Source: Botryllus schlosseri
Taxonomy: Eukaryota
Reading direction: 5' to 3'
Assembly (NCBI GenBank): GCA_051294905.1
Contig: CM119382.1
Span: 14,570,001 to 14,634,000 of the forward strand
Length of the DNA: 64,000 bases
Under the pieces are notes generated by a model. It did no database searches, had not been told where the DNA came from, and saw only the letters and a program-made list of their open reading frames with translations. A program made the position numbers and the translations under genes. Positions 35,501-50,500 of this stretch are shown piece by piece. Position 1 is the stretch's first letter, and each line of letters begins with the position of its first letter.

Positions 35501-38500
35501 AACACGGGGTGACTTTAGCACTGCCGGGTGCCTTTGGCCGAAAACCAATATTCGTTTCTATTGCACACAGCGAACAATATATCGATGTATGAGTACTTTG
35601 AGCTATTGTTTAGGAACAATCTGCATCAATAGAGTAGTATTAATGCAAATTTCATGTTTGATACAACACTTTTACATGTTCGCAGCCATTTTTATATTGA
35701 CAGGTATGGTAAGAAATTTCACCACACTTTTTTACGTACTCAAACTTTTGTTTGGTTCACATGCAAAGTAGGTGTTTGAGGCAATTTCCTTTCATTTGCA
35801 GACAAAGGCTTTGTATCTGACAGCATTTATGGGGTTTTCTGGGCGAAACTACAGTTCATTATTTCAAGATTGTCAAAATCATGTGACTGATCAATTTTTT
35901 TAATTTTTTGCAATTTATGGGGTGACTTTGGCCAGCTATTTAGAGTCAGCTAAAATGGGTATTTTCTGCATCAAGATTAATCTTAGTATCTGTATCTTCT
36001 AAATAATTAAATGCCAAGGAAATATAGAAGAAAGCTTGGTGCCAGGAGTTGTAAAGACTACACCGCAGATGAGATCCAAGCGGCACTAAGAATGATCGAG
36101 GAAGGATGTCCGAAAGATCTGTGAGTGAAATAACTGGTATTCCCAGAGGGACTTTACAGAATGAAAGGATAGGAAAGCATCTGAAATCACCACGAGGCCA
36201 GCCTGTTTTATCGCCAGATATGGAGAAGAAAATAGCAGACCATTGTATGGCGCAGGCAGATTTTGGATTTCCTGTAGACGAGTTTTGTCTTAGGAAAAGT
36301 ATCTCGAGAGAGGAGGTTGCGAGGATAATTGCCATACAAGAGGACAAGAAGGCTTCAAAACGGAAGAAAAATGGTGACCAACCATCAACATCCCAACAAA
36401 AATGAGTTGAATCAGTCACAAGCACTCAACGTGAAAGTCATGACGATTCTTCAGAAGCAGAAAATTTCCAGGAAGATTTATGTGATGATGCAGTTGAAGT
36501 GGGAGCATTAGAAAAGGAGTTGAGAGCAAAACTAAAAGCTGGCCAGTATGTAATAATTGAGTATAAGGGAGAATTATTTCCAGGTGTTGTGGAGAGTACA
36601 GAAGAGCATGGTGCAGAAGTCAGTGTTATGCAAAAATCGGGAAGCAATTGGAAATGGCCAATTCAAAAAGATCAGATATTCTATTACTGGAAAGATATTT
36701 AACAGAGAATCTGCGACCCGGACTTACTGAATGCTCGTGGAATCTACAAAGTGAATGAACTTGAAGGGCATTGGCATTGAACTACTTTTTGTCATTGGTT
36801 TGTTTAATTTCGTTGTAATTTTGAAGATTTTTGTGGTTTTGCATTCAAATTAAAGTCTGAAAAATCACCATTGGTTGGATACTTCTTTTTAAAAGACTGT
36901 AGATGGCCAAAGTCAACTTATCAGCTTGTGTAATTGGCAAATATGACTGCTAGATGTCCTGGAAATACAAAAAATGGTGCTCGGCTAAAGACACCCCATT
37001 GCCGGGTGACTTTGGCCACAACAGAAAAATTGAAAAAAAATGATCGAAAACATGACAATAATTTTCTTTTCCAAGTTTAATCCATAAATCTAACCGTTCC
37101 GCCCATAACAAAGTTGAAGAAGGCAGAAAATCATAACATATCATAAAATAATTCAACATTGAATGTGAAAAGTGGTACAAAGTCACCCCGTGTTACGGTA
37201 CAATACACGCCCGTTATACTGGAAGTCGCGTTGCGGGCAAAAATATGTTATGTCGACAATACTGGTATCGACACAAAACTGATATCGGTGCTAATCACAG
37301 CCCGCTTCAAGCCAACAAACAAACTGGCACTGCGCTTACTTTCTAAGCTACACGAGATTGCTAGGTTTTCTGGGGAAACAACTGGGTCTGGGACTCTGGG
37401 TGAAGGTGCTGACCTTTTTTCAGTGGTCACCTTACCAAATTTTAAAGGAAATTTGCAATTCAAAAATTAGGCCTATACCAGAAAAAGGTCATGAAAAATA
37501 TATGCTGTGACATTTTTCAAAGTAAAACCGCGCACGCCCACTAGATAAAGCAATTTTACAATCAGAGACGACAATCACGACAAGGGTTAAGCTGTCTCGG
37601 CACAAAAAAATCTCGGGCTAAGCATATTATAAGATCCTGAGATCGATCTCCTAGAATACCTTTCACAAACTTGAGAAAAACAAAAATCTTACCCGGAGTC
37701 CATCTGATTCGTCTTCCGGATGATCAAATCCTCATTGATACCTTCGGCGCCGTTGTCCCAGGCACAGCTATGAGCTTGAATAGCCGTGATCCAAGACAGC
37801 ATATCGTTGCGGTTCTCGGCCTAAAAGTAACCAGATGCATCCAAGAACATGGCTACGAGCATGTTATATGACAGAGTAGTTTCCGCTTTTACGCAAGTTT
37901 TTGGATGTTAAACATCAACAGAACGAACACCTCGGAAAATGGATTCTTGGATCTCTACTACTGACAACACGCCATCAATGAGCACAGTTACTGCTTGTGA
38001 TGTGATAATCATCATTGAAGTTCGCGAATCCAACGCTTCTAACATCCATCACTAGAGATGTCGCAGTATTCCTTGACAGGATTATATCACAGTATTTCGT
38101 CCTTGTACATTGCATTATATATGCAAAATATATAATGCAAATCACGGCCGCACGTCTCACTAGCACAGTGCACCCTACCTGGAAGAGATACTCGGACCCG
38201 TTGCCCGTCGTTAATCTAAACACGTTTCGCCGTTTCAAGTAATTGTAGGCGATGCCGACGAGCGACGATTGCACATTCAACATTTGAAATTCTTCAGGGA
38301 GCGATTGTTGCCGTTCAAGCGGAGAATCCTGTGAAAAAGGTCCCAGAATAGCAGTGATTTACAGAGGCACACCGCGGATACCAGATTACAGGCGATACTG
38401 TGAGCACGCAGAAAAATGTTTTCAACCGCAGACTGGGACATAAACCAAATTTCCGGCGTCTGCTGATCATGATATTCACTGCTAGGTGCCATAAATCGCC

Positions 38501-41500
38501 AGAATTCCCGATGTGCACGCATATAGCATATAGCAAGCAACACAGCAGAGAGTCGAAATCAGCGGGAAATTCAAAATGGGAGGGGGATTCAAAATAGGAA
38601 TGAGTGCCGTGATAGCGACTCGTTCAATTAAACCAAACCCATCCCTACACTCAAACCCAACACGAGGTAACCTGACCCCTAAACCTAACCCCAACCATAA
38701 GTCAAGTTAATCTATAAGCCTATTTCAACAATTACTATTATGAATGCCTAAAAATTATACAAGAGGAAGGTCGGTTGGAAAAAATGCCCTAATCGTAGGT
38801 GGGTTTGTCGTTGAGAAGATGTTCGATTGGATTGCAAAAATGGGTGACTGGCACAGAAATCCAACTGTCTGTCTGTGAGTATGGGCTACATTGCTAAAAG
38901 TATATCGTTCAGCAGCTCAAGGCACCGTTCCAAAAAAAAATAAGCCACAATTTCCAGTCGCATAGCCTTTCTCTATAACAGCATTTGGCTATTTGGGGGT
39001 AGTTCGATTGCCCTGACCAGATTTTGATATGTAATTTAGGAATCAGTACGACACTAGCTTTCGATTAAGACCAGTTTTATTAGATTTGATCGCTCGCGTC
39101 GCCAGCTATAGGACTGCCAACTATGCTGTTTTTAGCCGGTTCAGCAGTAGATCTCTCTGGTATTCAAGTGTGACGAATTCAGTTGCGCATCTAACCGTAG
39201 GTTAGTAATCCATACTCTCTCAGACCAACTTTGCCCGAAGAGAAAAATCTCAATTCGTCACAGGACATGTTTATTTTCGAGCTGAATATTTCAAAATTAC
39301 CTGCGGATGGTTCTTTGCCTTGCCGTACTCTTTCGACAAACACAGCTTTCGGTCTTTCAGAACCGCCCACACTTGCCGCCACGACTTCTGAGAACTGGTC
39401 CGCTTGCCCTTGTCGATGGTGGCAACCTGGAGGACGCAAACTCTGTAAACCCAGTTGCACGCCATATTGCCTCAAAATCTTACTTTGAAATGGAGGACTC
39501 CGCTTCTGGCGGAGGCTTTGACATCGCGTTGGTTTTCCGCGTGACCAGCGGCGTTCTGAAAATAATGTTTTATTTATGCCACAGATCTTTGACGGGGCAG
39601 TAGCAAGCCTGCAAGCCAGGCTAATTAATATAATGTTAATTAGCGCCGACACCATCAGTGTCGGCCAACTGCAGAGGTGGTCAGAAACAAAGTAACAAGT
39701 GGTTGTTGTTGGTTGTCCACTAAAGCAAATAACTTAATTTTTACAATCTGGATTTTTTGATGTCGAAAGTAGTTTTGGGCAAGTTTGCATCAATTTTGTG
39801 AATGAAACTGTCTGCGCAAAATAGCCCGTATATCACAGCAACAGAAAATATTTTGCATCATCTCTATGAGTGGAATTGCTGTAACAACTCGGCGAAATAG
39901 CTCCTGTATCACATTAGCTGAACAGATTTTCGGAAATCGTGCATACTTGCATTGTAATTAGTGAGTGAAAATTTATCGCCTTACTTCCCCTTTTACTCAA
40001 AAACCAACGCTGACTACTTAGATCACCTATGTTTGTAATTGTAGCACTATCTAAAGCAGTGGTTCTTAACCTTGCCTCCAGCGCCCCCCAGGGGGCGCTG
40101 GCGATTTTGAAAGGGGGCGGAAACGCTCAGGGGGCGATATGGGGGGCGCTGGGCTCAGGGGGGCGGTATGGGGGGCGCTGGAGAAAAATGGCTTCGCAGT
40201 AGATGATGTGGTGGTAGGACATATCCTTAATGATTATTCAGAGAAAATGAACACCGAAAACGTCGTTATATATAGCCTACAAAAAACATATAGGTTTAAT
40301 TGTCCATGGGCGCCTAAATGACTGGCACCGAATATTCCTGTGTTGGCAATCTGAACCCCAGAAGACGAATTCCATCCGGCAGGGAAAAATTATATGCCAG
40401 TGAAGAAATACCAATTTGAAATCGTGTTCGTCTTTTAGTTTAGTACGATTGGGCGACAGGGATATTTAAAACTAGATATTCTTGTTGGGCGATATCCCTG
40501 TTGGGCGATTCTATATTTTTTGATATAGCAGACAGGAGGTCACGAAATAACATCATGCAACGAAGTCATACCAACGGGTTCGCCCGCCCGAATATGTTTA
40601 ATTATTAGTTACGGGCCCTACAGTTTCCAAGACACCTCACATTGTTCGCTCCACGTTTTGATGAGTCTGCGCACACTCAATAAACTCACTGCGCAGACCC
40701 TTGGACAACAGTGCGTAACGACTAAAAAAGGGTCAAAACTTCGGATTAGTTGTGCGCAACGTAGATTTTCTGCGCACAGATACCATGTCAGCACTGCGCA
40801 CGTGAGCAGCTTAGACGGAACATTGCACCTCACTCAGCTCTACCGGTAAATCTGGTAACGTGAGCAGAGAGGACAAGAAATTAATAGCAATATATATGCA
40901 ATTCCCGATCTTACTGACCGATTTTATCATGAATTATCGAAAGTTTTCGCACTTCGCACTGGCTCGCTAAACAGTACAGCTGATTTCGTGGCAAAACGAA
41001 CAACGTGATGGGGGCGGTCGGTTTATCACCCTATGGGAGCCCAAGACCCAAGTTTTTTCGGGGGGCCTGACGAAGTGCCGTTTCGTTCCTGCCAACGGGT
41101 ATACGCCCGAAGATGTATAATTATTATTGAGGGGTCCTACCTTTGCAATCACACATCACTCAGCTCTACCGGTAAATTTGTTTACGTGAGCAGAGAGAGG
41201 ATAAAATTTGATATCAATATACATGCAATTCCCGATCATATTTACCCATTCAATCATTAATTATTGAAATTTTTCGCGCTTCGCGCGTCTAGGCGGGACT
41301 ACCTGGCTCAGTAAATGGACACCCAAAGTAGATGACTAGTATCAGCAAATAGTGGATAGCCGAAAGGGGGTCTGGGGGTGAAGCCCCCTGGAAGTTTGGT
41401 TTATCACCCGATGGGGGGGGGGGGCTAAGACCAACGTTTTTTTTGGGGGGCTGACGAAGTGCTGTTACGGCCCTGGTAACGAATTAATTGTACCTACGGG

Positions 41501-44500
41501 CACGCCAGAATATGTTTAATTATTAATTACGTGCCCTCCATCTTCCCATACAACAGCTCAATCAGCGCTACTGGTAAATCTGATTACGTGGGCTGAGAGG
41601 TTAAAAAGTTTATAGCGACTTATATATGTAATTACCACCTATTCATTCATGCATCATAGAAAATTTTGTTACCTAGGGCGACCATGCCACACAAACTTTA
41701 CTGACCATCGAAATCACGCTACGGAGTTCTTGGGGCGAACCCCTCTGAAGTTTGGTTTATCACGCTATGGGTGCGCAAGGCAATCATTTTTAGGGGGGAT
41801 GACGAAGTGCTGTTACGGCCCTCCCTCTTACTCATTGTCTTTATTACATTCCTTTCAATATGCGGTTGGGGGGGCGCTGGAGCACGATAATTTTTGAAAG
41901 GGGGCGCTTGAGGAAAAAAGGTTAAGAACCACTGATCTAAAGCAATTTGATGAAACGTTAGTTGGTAAAATCTGCATAGAAGTACCGGTACATATTATAA
42001 GACACTTTATAGATCTTGAGCACCACCTAATGGATTGAATGAGAATGCAGCAGACACAACGGAGTGGCTATTTGGTTAAAGAGAGGTACAGGTAAGTTTA
42101 AGGTAAGCTAACGTGCAGGTATTTTTGAGAAACAATAGACGCAACTCACGGCTTCATAAAGATAATTTAATTTCTCCAAATTTTGCAATCGGGTTGGATC
42201 ACCGTCTCTGAAACGAAAGAAGCAATATATTAACAATCGTATTTCACGATTTGAACAAAGAGGGAAATAGCCCAAGACACTTCGTTGATACTAGACAAAG
42301 ACTGCAATACATGAACGCTAATAGTATGCCAACCAGCTACCATCAATTGCACGTACTTCTACTTGATTCACACAATAGCACAACATCAAACCCCCGGGCA
42401 TATTTGGGTGCCTCTCAAGCAAACGGAAATGTAAATTACATTCGCCTGTTTGCATTGTCGTCTATCATTTGAATCAGCCATGATTACGGCTTACGCACCC
42501 AGCAGCACGCATACCATGCATCACTAAAAGTCTCATACTTCATACTTCATACTCAAGTCTGCTTTCTGAAACTATTCACTCAAGCACTCATCAGATATCA
42601 CAGCATCTACTTCTCCTCATTTGCTGAAGTAGTTTATTTCAATAAGACATGGTCTCTGAACAATGTCAGACAGGGATGATGTATATTTTTCCTTTCATGT
42701 TTTCTGCGGCATATACACCGACTCATGATATACATACATATGATCTGTGCGTATGCATACCATGAGTGCACTAGGTGCATATGTCGCTGGACAAGGTAGG
42801 CGCAGATATAGCCTTGTGAGGCTTTCTTATTTTGCAACACCCCTCCACCACGGTATTCCGGTAATGCTGAGCACCAAGCGGGGAAGCCACTGATACCAGT
42901 TTTACGGATCATGTCTTTGGTGTGATCAAGACGGGGATTGAACTCACTAGGGCAGGGCAAAATCGAGTACCTTAGTGATTCTCGTTGATAAATCAACGTT
43001 CAGTGGCGAGGATCTTATAATTTCAGTACTCGGAATTAATGATATCAGTTTTAGTAGTAGTTTAGGACTAGCACAACGGTCTGCTTTGAGGGTCACAGCA
43101 GAAAAACACAGAATAAATCGGCGACTCACAAGTTCATCGCGATCTGATACGACCGCCGGTTGTACGCTTTCGACGTGGATCGGTCTGTAGAAATCAAATT
43201 TGCGAGATAAGCCATTCGTTACCGAATACCTCCGAGAGACACCCAAACTTACCAACGCTGGAAGCACGCTGCCTCCGTAGTTTCGTTGACGGTGCGGTCG
43301 TTCCAAGACAAGACAAGACGTCGGCGGAATTACTACGATGAATCGAGCCTGTGAATTCAACGTTTCCAATCAACTTTTGGTATTCGTGATTCCCTTTTCG
43401 CACAATAAGCGAAAGCTCCGAGTCAAATATTAATTGCTGTTGCCGGGAGGGGGCGTTCACACGTTCATTTGGGTGCCTTGGAGTCGACTTTTATCAAAAT
43501 ACACCAACCAAGCCAGTGCCTACAGAAGGAATTCGTGTACCATATAAAAGTTTAAGCGCTCTCTCCGCTCAGATCATTCGAAATTTCATGCCGGTGATGT
43601 CATATTTTGCGAGACGATTGTTGCTATGCAACGTTCTTTCCAATTCTCTAATAGTTGCTGACAATTACCCCTGACGAGTGTCAGACAAAGATTATATTCG
43701 GGTTCATTTCAATATGAATAATGAATATGCTATTCAATTGTACATTGAAGCTATGTACCCTCCAAGAAGCTCATCAAAGTCATAAGAGTATGGTTGATAC
43801 GGAAGGTTTACATATACGATCACTGAGAAAGTATCGCCTGTTATACTTCACAATAAAGATATTAGTTTTTTTTTTACCATAGATTATTCGATACATACAC
43901 ATTGGGTTGATCATGAATTCACAGAAATTTCAATACCACCAACGTGCGTAGCATTTTACTACATGTTTTGGATCCTCTCATACGATTAATATATATATAG
44001 ATTCTAATAATCTATAATAATAATAATCTAAATTGATTTATTCTCAAAATCATTGCAAATATAGGCTACTGTTTTCCACTAATCCAACGACGAAATCCAG
44101 AACGATCCAAGCCCTTTTCTCAAGATTAGTTTTTATGGGTTGTTATATTGGCACATATTCAATATTCAATTCAGAAATTTCCGATCCTAGATTTCGAAGG
44201 AAGCCACCCATCCATGAAATAGACTACCAGTTCAAACAGGTCCAGCGGATTTCTACAATACCTCGGTTATTCTCAGGAGCTTTCGAGCCTCTCCTTGATG
44301 CGGACCTTCCGGCATGTGCAGACACCTGGAAACAAGCCGGCATTGGTTCAATGTTCGATCATTTGAAACTTGCCAAGCACTCTCCTTCCAGTCAATGTCG
44401 GCACCAAACAAGGCTAACAGGACTGGTTGCAGGCTACTCGTACTGTACAGGTTCAAGACAGAATATTCCAACGTCAGTGCATGGGAAGAGATGAATAACT

Positions 44501-47500
44501 GCTTCCTTCGACAGAATTGAAGACCACATAAAATAATCATGTCTTACAGAGAAGTTAAGGTATTGCATTATAGACTTTATCTTACTTTGGAAATAAGAAT
44601 CGGTGTGAGATAGGCTGTGCGTGAGCTGAACATAATTACATTAATGTATGGCTGAGTGGCTGACACTCAATTCAAGCGATAATTGCCACACAGCAAATTA
44701 TTCATTTTGTGTCATTGTGTTGCCGAAATTACAGAACATATCGACCAATGTCACGAGCACTTCAGAAATCTGAACTAGGGAATCACCTTTCCCTACTTGA
44801 AACCTTGTGGGATACTGAGACGCCATAAGTAAACACTGACATTGAATGGGCCCGGGCAGGGTAGCGTACAGTCAGTAGTAGATATCCTTGGCCGTTTGAA
44901 CCAATTAAAATGTAATGCTAATGGGAGATTAACATATGAATGACTATCAGAATTCATGCTTTGGAACAAGTTTGCCAATGTGTACTATATAGTAGAGCGC
45001 TTTTTTTGTTTGAAATACAATCATTGAACCAGCGTGAACAGGAATACACTGCTCTTACCATACCAACCGTTAGGTATGGCATTTTTAGTTACAGTAAAAT
45101 GGATCATGCAGGTCTATTGACCAAGGAAATTTAGACCTATGGACAGCGAGTTCCATGGAATTATGCAATGGTGTCCAGATGGTATCTTAATAACAAATCT
45201 TCATAGTAAATTTAGGTCTCAAATCAATACCTCTTCAGTGGGTGACGATACATCGTCAATGTATGGAATGGACACGCCAGTACCATGGATAACAGCAGCC
45301 GCAACAGCTTCTTGCCCGTTCCTCATTCTGTTGTAAAAATAAGAAATGAAAAGTTACAATACCACAAATTTAACCCTGAGCTAGTCTCAAATGAACAAAA
45401 GAAGAGCGCTGATGTTCAGCCATCACAATGTTCTTTCCAATTCTCTACTAGTTGCTGACGATTACCCCTGACGAGTGTCAGCCGAAAATATTCGGGTTCA
45501 TTTCAATATGAATATACTATTTAATTGTATATTGAAGTTCTGTACCTCCAAGAAGCTCTCGCCAATCTGGGAACATTATACGGAAGTACAGAAAGCAAAC
45601 ATAATAAAAATGCACGGGGAATTGAGTAAACAGAACTAGTATCATAAAATAGTCGCAATTATTCTCTCACGACAGAAAAGGCAATTGATCCGTTAAAAGA
45701 ATGTAAGTCCTTCAAGAGGCATAGAGGCAGTGCGGAAACATGTGAAGGCTGATTCGTAGAATAATTCTGCACATATTGCATTGAGAATTGAGAACGTCGG
45801 TGATAATAACAACAAACTGGGTTTAATCTGTCACTGTGAATGTGGAATGTGAACTGGTGACAACCCCAGTATCGAACTTGATATACTTCATGTTTTAACC
45901 AGTGTTAACCAGCCTCATGCATAAAGGATGTGACGAAATGATATCATTTGTTTGCGGGACAGGATACTGAGTTCAACGGGTGTTCAGGTCAAACCAATCA
46001 CTGCAAAACAAAGCGTGATGAAATGAATATGATCATAAGAGTTGAATCGTCTTCGTGACGCCAAAACAACATTGCTTATCGCAAAAATGGAAGACACAGA
46101 AACTCATAAAACACAACAGGGACTAAAACCCTTTCTAGCTACACACCAAGATACCAATGTCATAAATTGTCAATGTTGCCAGTGTTGAACAGATTTCAAC
46201 TTATTGTGATGGTATATTATTGAGCGGTCTATGTCATACCATACACAGGACACATAACCACCGGCTCTATAACACCAGTGTTGTATATGAGTGACCATAA
46301 CTCGAATAACCACCGATCTCAATCCACCCTCTCCCTCACTATACAAGGCTAAATCTAGGAGTAAACCACACTCGATAACAATACAAAGAAAACGGTCATA
46401 CGTCATAGCGATACAGAACGAGAATACAACCGCAAATTATCCAAATGAATGTGAACTCAAGCATTATTGAAGTTCAAATTCAAAGTAAATTCCAGCCTGA
46501 GCCATGACTAAAAATATCGATTTCAGAAAATCTTCGGATTAAACATGGTTGAGCAACATATTGCAAACGAATTGAATTCAATGTAAAACATCATTAGCAT
46601 GCTAACCGATCAGCTTATAGAAGAATTAGGGTACAAAATTCCAGCTGAATTTTGAGCCAAAAACAATCTATGAGCTTTGTCAGCCCCCCATTTCCTGACA
46701 TGACCGAGCAGGCAGCAATTGTTGACTGAAGTGTCCACACCACAACGGATTAGTGCAACTTTGGCTCTTCACAACAGTTTGATGGATAGCTAATCTTCAA
46801 TATTGCTAAACACATCCAACTCAGTAACTACTATCTCAGGACCAAAAAGGCCTGGCCATCTTATCTCATACAATGCATTTTTGGCAATATCTCACCTTTT
46901 AGGATCGCACATAGAGTTACTCCTATGTCGTGACACATCTTTCGAAGCCTTTCTCGAATCGGTAGATTTTGATCTGCTGGATCCTGACCTTCCCGACCTC
47001 GTAGACCGTCTCCTGCCAATTGACAAATGATAACTACACCGAAACAGACTCGAGGTGTGTAGGTGTGTGTATGTTTGGTTAACGACCGTCGTGACAAGGC
47101 TATGACCCATTCAGAATCAATCATTATTGAACACATTCGAGGCGTGGCTTGAAAGAGTTACAAATCTAATCAACGCTGGTCCAAAACACACCACACCATT
47201 GACCGTATCACAAACTGTGGACACAGATTGTAATAGGGAGCATAGACTATGTCAGTCAAATAGAGTAGTGGATACTAGTTACACATGATCCCAGCTTGAT
47301 ACACGAACAAACTACATAACTGTCCTATGCAGTCATCCGTCTATGTATTCAGCAATTAGTCAATGGACACAGGCTACATAGTATGATGCGAAATTAATAA
47401 CGATTAAGTTTATACAGGTAGAGTAGTATACAAATCGTGTGCTCAGCAATTTTTCTAATATATCACTTATTTCAAGATTGGCAATACATGGCTCCAGCAG

Positions 47501-50500
47501 AATCAGATGCCAGGAACCACATCATTCATGTGGATAATGTTATGATTTTATATTACCAGAGATAATGGGCTAAGAATAAAACAAGATCTGGGGTGTTTCA
47601 TCACAATTCACAATCTGTCAACAGTATATCATATAATTGTGTAACTCCTAAAAATCAGATGGTGATGGCAGCCTCTTTTTTATGAGATCGGTATTGTCCG
47701 AGGAATTTACATTGTCAAAATCAAAAATCAAATAATTACAAACCTGCGATTGGGACTTTTCTGCGACTCTTTTTTCAGTTCAACATCGTGCGGTTTCGAT
47801 TCCTGAAGAAATATAATTTTCCAATTAATGTTGACTTTTTAATGCACGCCTTTAAAAAAACTATGTCGCATTCCACACTAACCAATCTTACGAAAAGCTT
47901 GTGTATGAAAATTTCCTACGAATCAGGAAGGCTATTGTGGTCAAACAAAGACACAGATAGAATACAAGTAATATGGTTGTCTTTGTGCCAAGACCGTTAA
48001 AAACATCACTCACGATTTCCAAGACCAAAGGATATCAAACTGATAGCACTATCCAACATGGTATTGGACAAATTCAAATTATAACACTCTTAAATTATAA
48101 GTATTTGGATGACAGCCGAAAAATGAGAGACATATCCACACAACAGCGGACAATTCACCTAAAAAAGGTACTGTACGATCTCAATTAATCCGTCATCATA
48201 CATTAATTGATGTGTCTTTTCAACAAGCTACAAAACAATGTACTAATAGCACGAAAGTATGCGAATGGCATTCTTCAGACTTCTAAATTACACCTTCAAG
48301 TAGATCGCCACTAACTTCTAGTTTTTACAATAATTACCATGTGAGAAAAGGCCACCAACTATGTACTTTTGCAGCAAAAAACGTGCAGACAATATCCCAA
48401 GTTCTTTGTCTGCAAGATCTAAATCCACTCACGCCACCAAAATCACAATATCCTCAAATTCTCATCTAAGTTAATAAGCGTCCTGTAATGGTAACCCGCT
48501 AACTGTATAGAATAATCTAACAATACAGCTCGACTACTCGCACATGAATGATTCACACCAGATTGAAATCAATCTACGAGGTAAGAGGTATTAGCGACAA
48601 AAGTCGGATAGCAAATATTTGTACTGCACCTAAACAAACTTGGCGTAAATTTGCGTCTGATGGGGCTTTACCCGATCCACGGCAAGGTGGAGCAGCGAAA
48701 AAAAAAAAACGTGTAACGCTAGAACGAGCTGGTTGAACAATGCCATATACAAATGATTTCATCAGGATCCAGCAAAATTTCCATTTAAATGGTGAAGATA
48801 ATTTTCCTGTATATTATTTGCCAGCTGTGGGCGAGTTATCACACGAAGCCAAAAATAGAATATACTGTACTAAAGCTGACTCTAAACAAAGACTGAATTA
48901 AAACAACTGGATGTCAATAAAGTAAATTTCAAATTCAAACATTGGCACAAATTATAGCTGTTCCATTGTTCAATTAGGTATATCGAAGCTCAAAAGCCAT
49001 AACGTTATAAAAAAGTAATTGTAAACGATATGTTTTCAGGTGCATGCGAGAAGGAAACAGCTATTGCAGTCGATCGAAACATCATTACCCTAATCTTCCA
49101 AGGCAATCCAATCCAAGTACACTGTAAATGTTTTTAACGTATCACAGATAAATGGTCAGCACTGGCTTTCAATTGCTTAAAATTAACCAGCGTGATTATG
49201 ACTAACAATCCATATCAAAACATTATATGAGAGGAAAAGTAGCCAACACACCGAATCGCGAATTCCCGTCATCAATTTGTAACAATATGGGACAATATGG
49301 GTCAAGAATCTATAATTCTATAACTGGCATCCAGAAAATATCTTCTCTGCAAGTTAGGGTCACCATACCATACGCGACAACTTTTTCTGACATGTCAATC
49401 AATTTGGTGTTCAAACAGGGAACATGCCAAAATTCTCTGAAACTATGACTTGAAATTTTTAAATTATGTTTAATTCAGAAATTCTGCAGCCTGACCCCTA
49501 TTTTCTAGCTTCTATTGACGGCAAACACAATTACCTCCCCAAGAAATTCAGCAACATCCTGTGAAGCCATCTTGGTGAAGTTTTAAATTGGTCAAGATCA
49601 ATAACAAACTGTCTCCCATAACGAAACGCTTTGACACAAGATAGTTTCTGTCCTTTGTAACAAACAGATTAAGGGTATTGCACATCCACACAAGACACAG
49701 CCTATCCAAGTAAACACTGTATGCTAAGCGAGAATATCAACCAGGGCTAAATTGCAAAACATCCCTTCTTCAGAAAGAGAAGAAATGAATAGGAAGGAAG
49801 ACTGGTGCTTAGTTTGCAAACAGTTGCCACAAATGTCATTCGTTAGAAGGATGCTGGCATTCTTGTGTTGCAGTCAACTACTGTATATAATCCTGGTCTT
49901 TGTATTGTTTCTTATTCATCAATACACTGCACGGAGCAGTAATGGAGGCCAATTTGATGTAACTGTAAGGCTAGCTGAACAGCTGAGGGATCGCACATAA
50001 ATATAATATGACTGTCATAACTAGAACGTGACCAATTATGTCTCTTGATTGATTGATGCAGGCCACTGGTGTTCACTTGGTTGAAACGCTTAAAAGTTGT
50101 GTCTCCAGAACTTCAAATACGCCCGATAGACTGTAACCATGTACTAGTTTCTCAGCTGTAGTTTTATTGTGAATAAACAAACAGGAATAAATTTTTCAAA
50201 TTATTGCCCCAAATTTAAAGTTGTAATTGCTATAGGCTACGTCATCTTTTAATATATCGTCGCATATGTGCATTTCTAACATCAATGTGACAAACATAAT
50301 CGTGGCCAAAATATGGCTGATGGAGAATGATAGTATTCTTACAAACACTTGTGATTCTCCGAAGATGTTTAAAATGGACATAGGCTACTCTGATTTCACT
50401 GCGGCGGTATGGGCAGAAAATACTGGCTTTTCCGACAAAATATGGGTGATATCGACGGAATCGGCTAAAAGTCCTGATAAGATGCTGGGCTCTAATCATA

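Noticed and set aside
40580-41830. CRISPR-like repeat-spacer array
   Set aside because: Long degenerate units inside a hAT element, eukaryotic context, no cas genes.
42947-43369. ORF with 'RFIVVIPP', resembling the ARHGAP21 PDZ start
   Set aside because: Splice phases place the real exons (43253-43348, 43130-43184) in other frames; no PDZ fold motifs follow.
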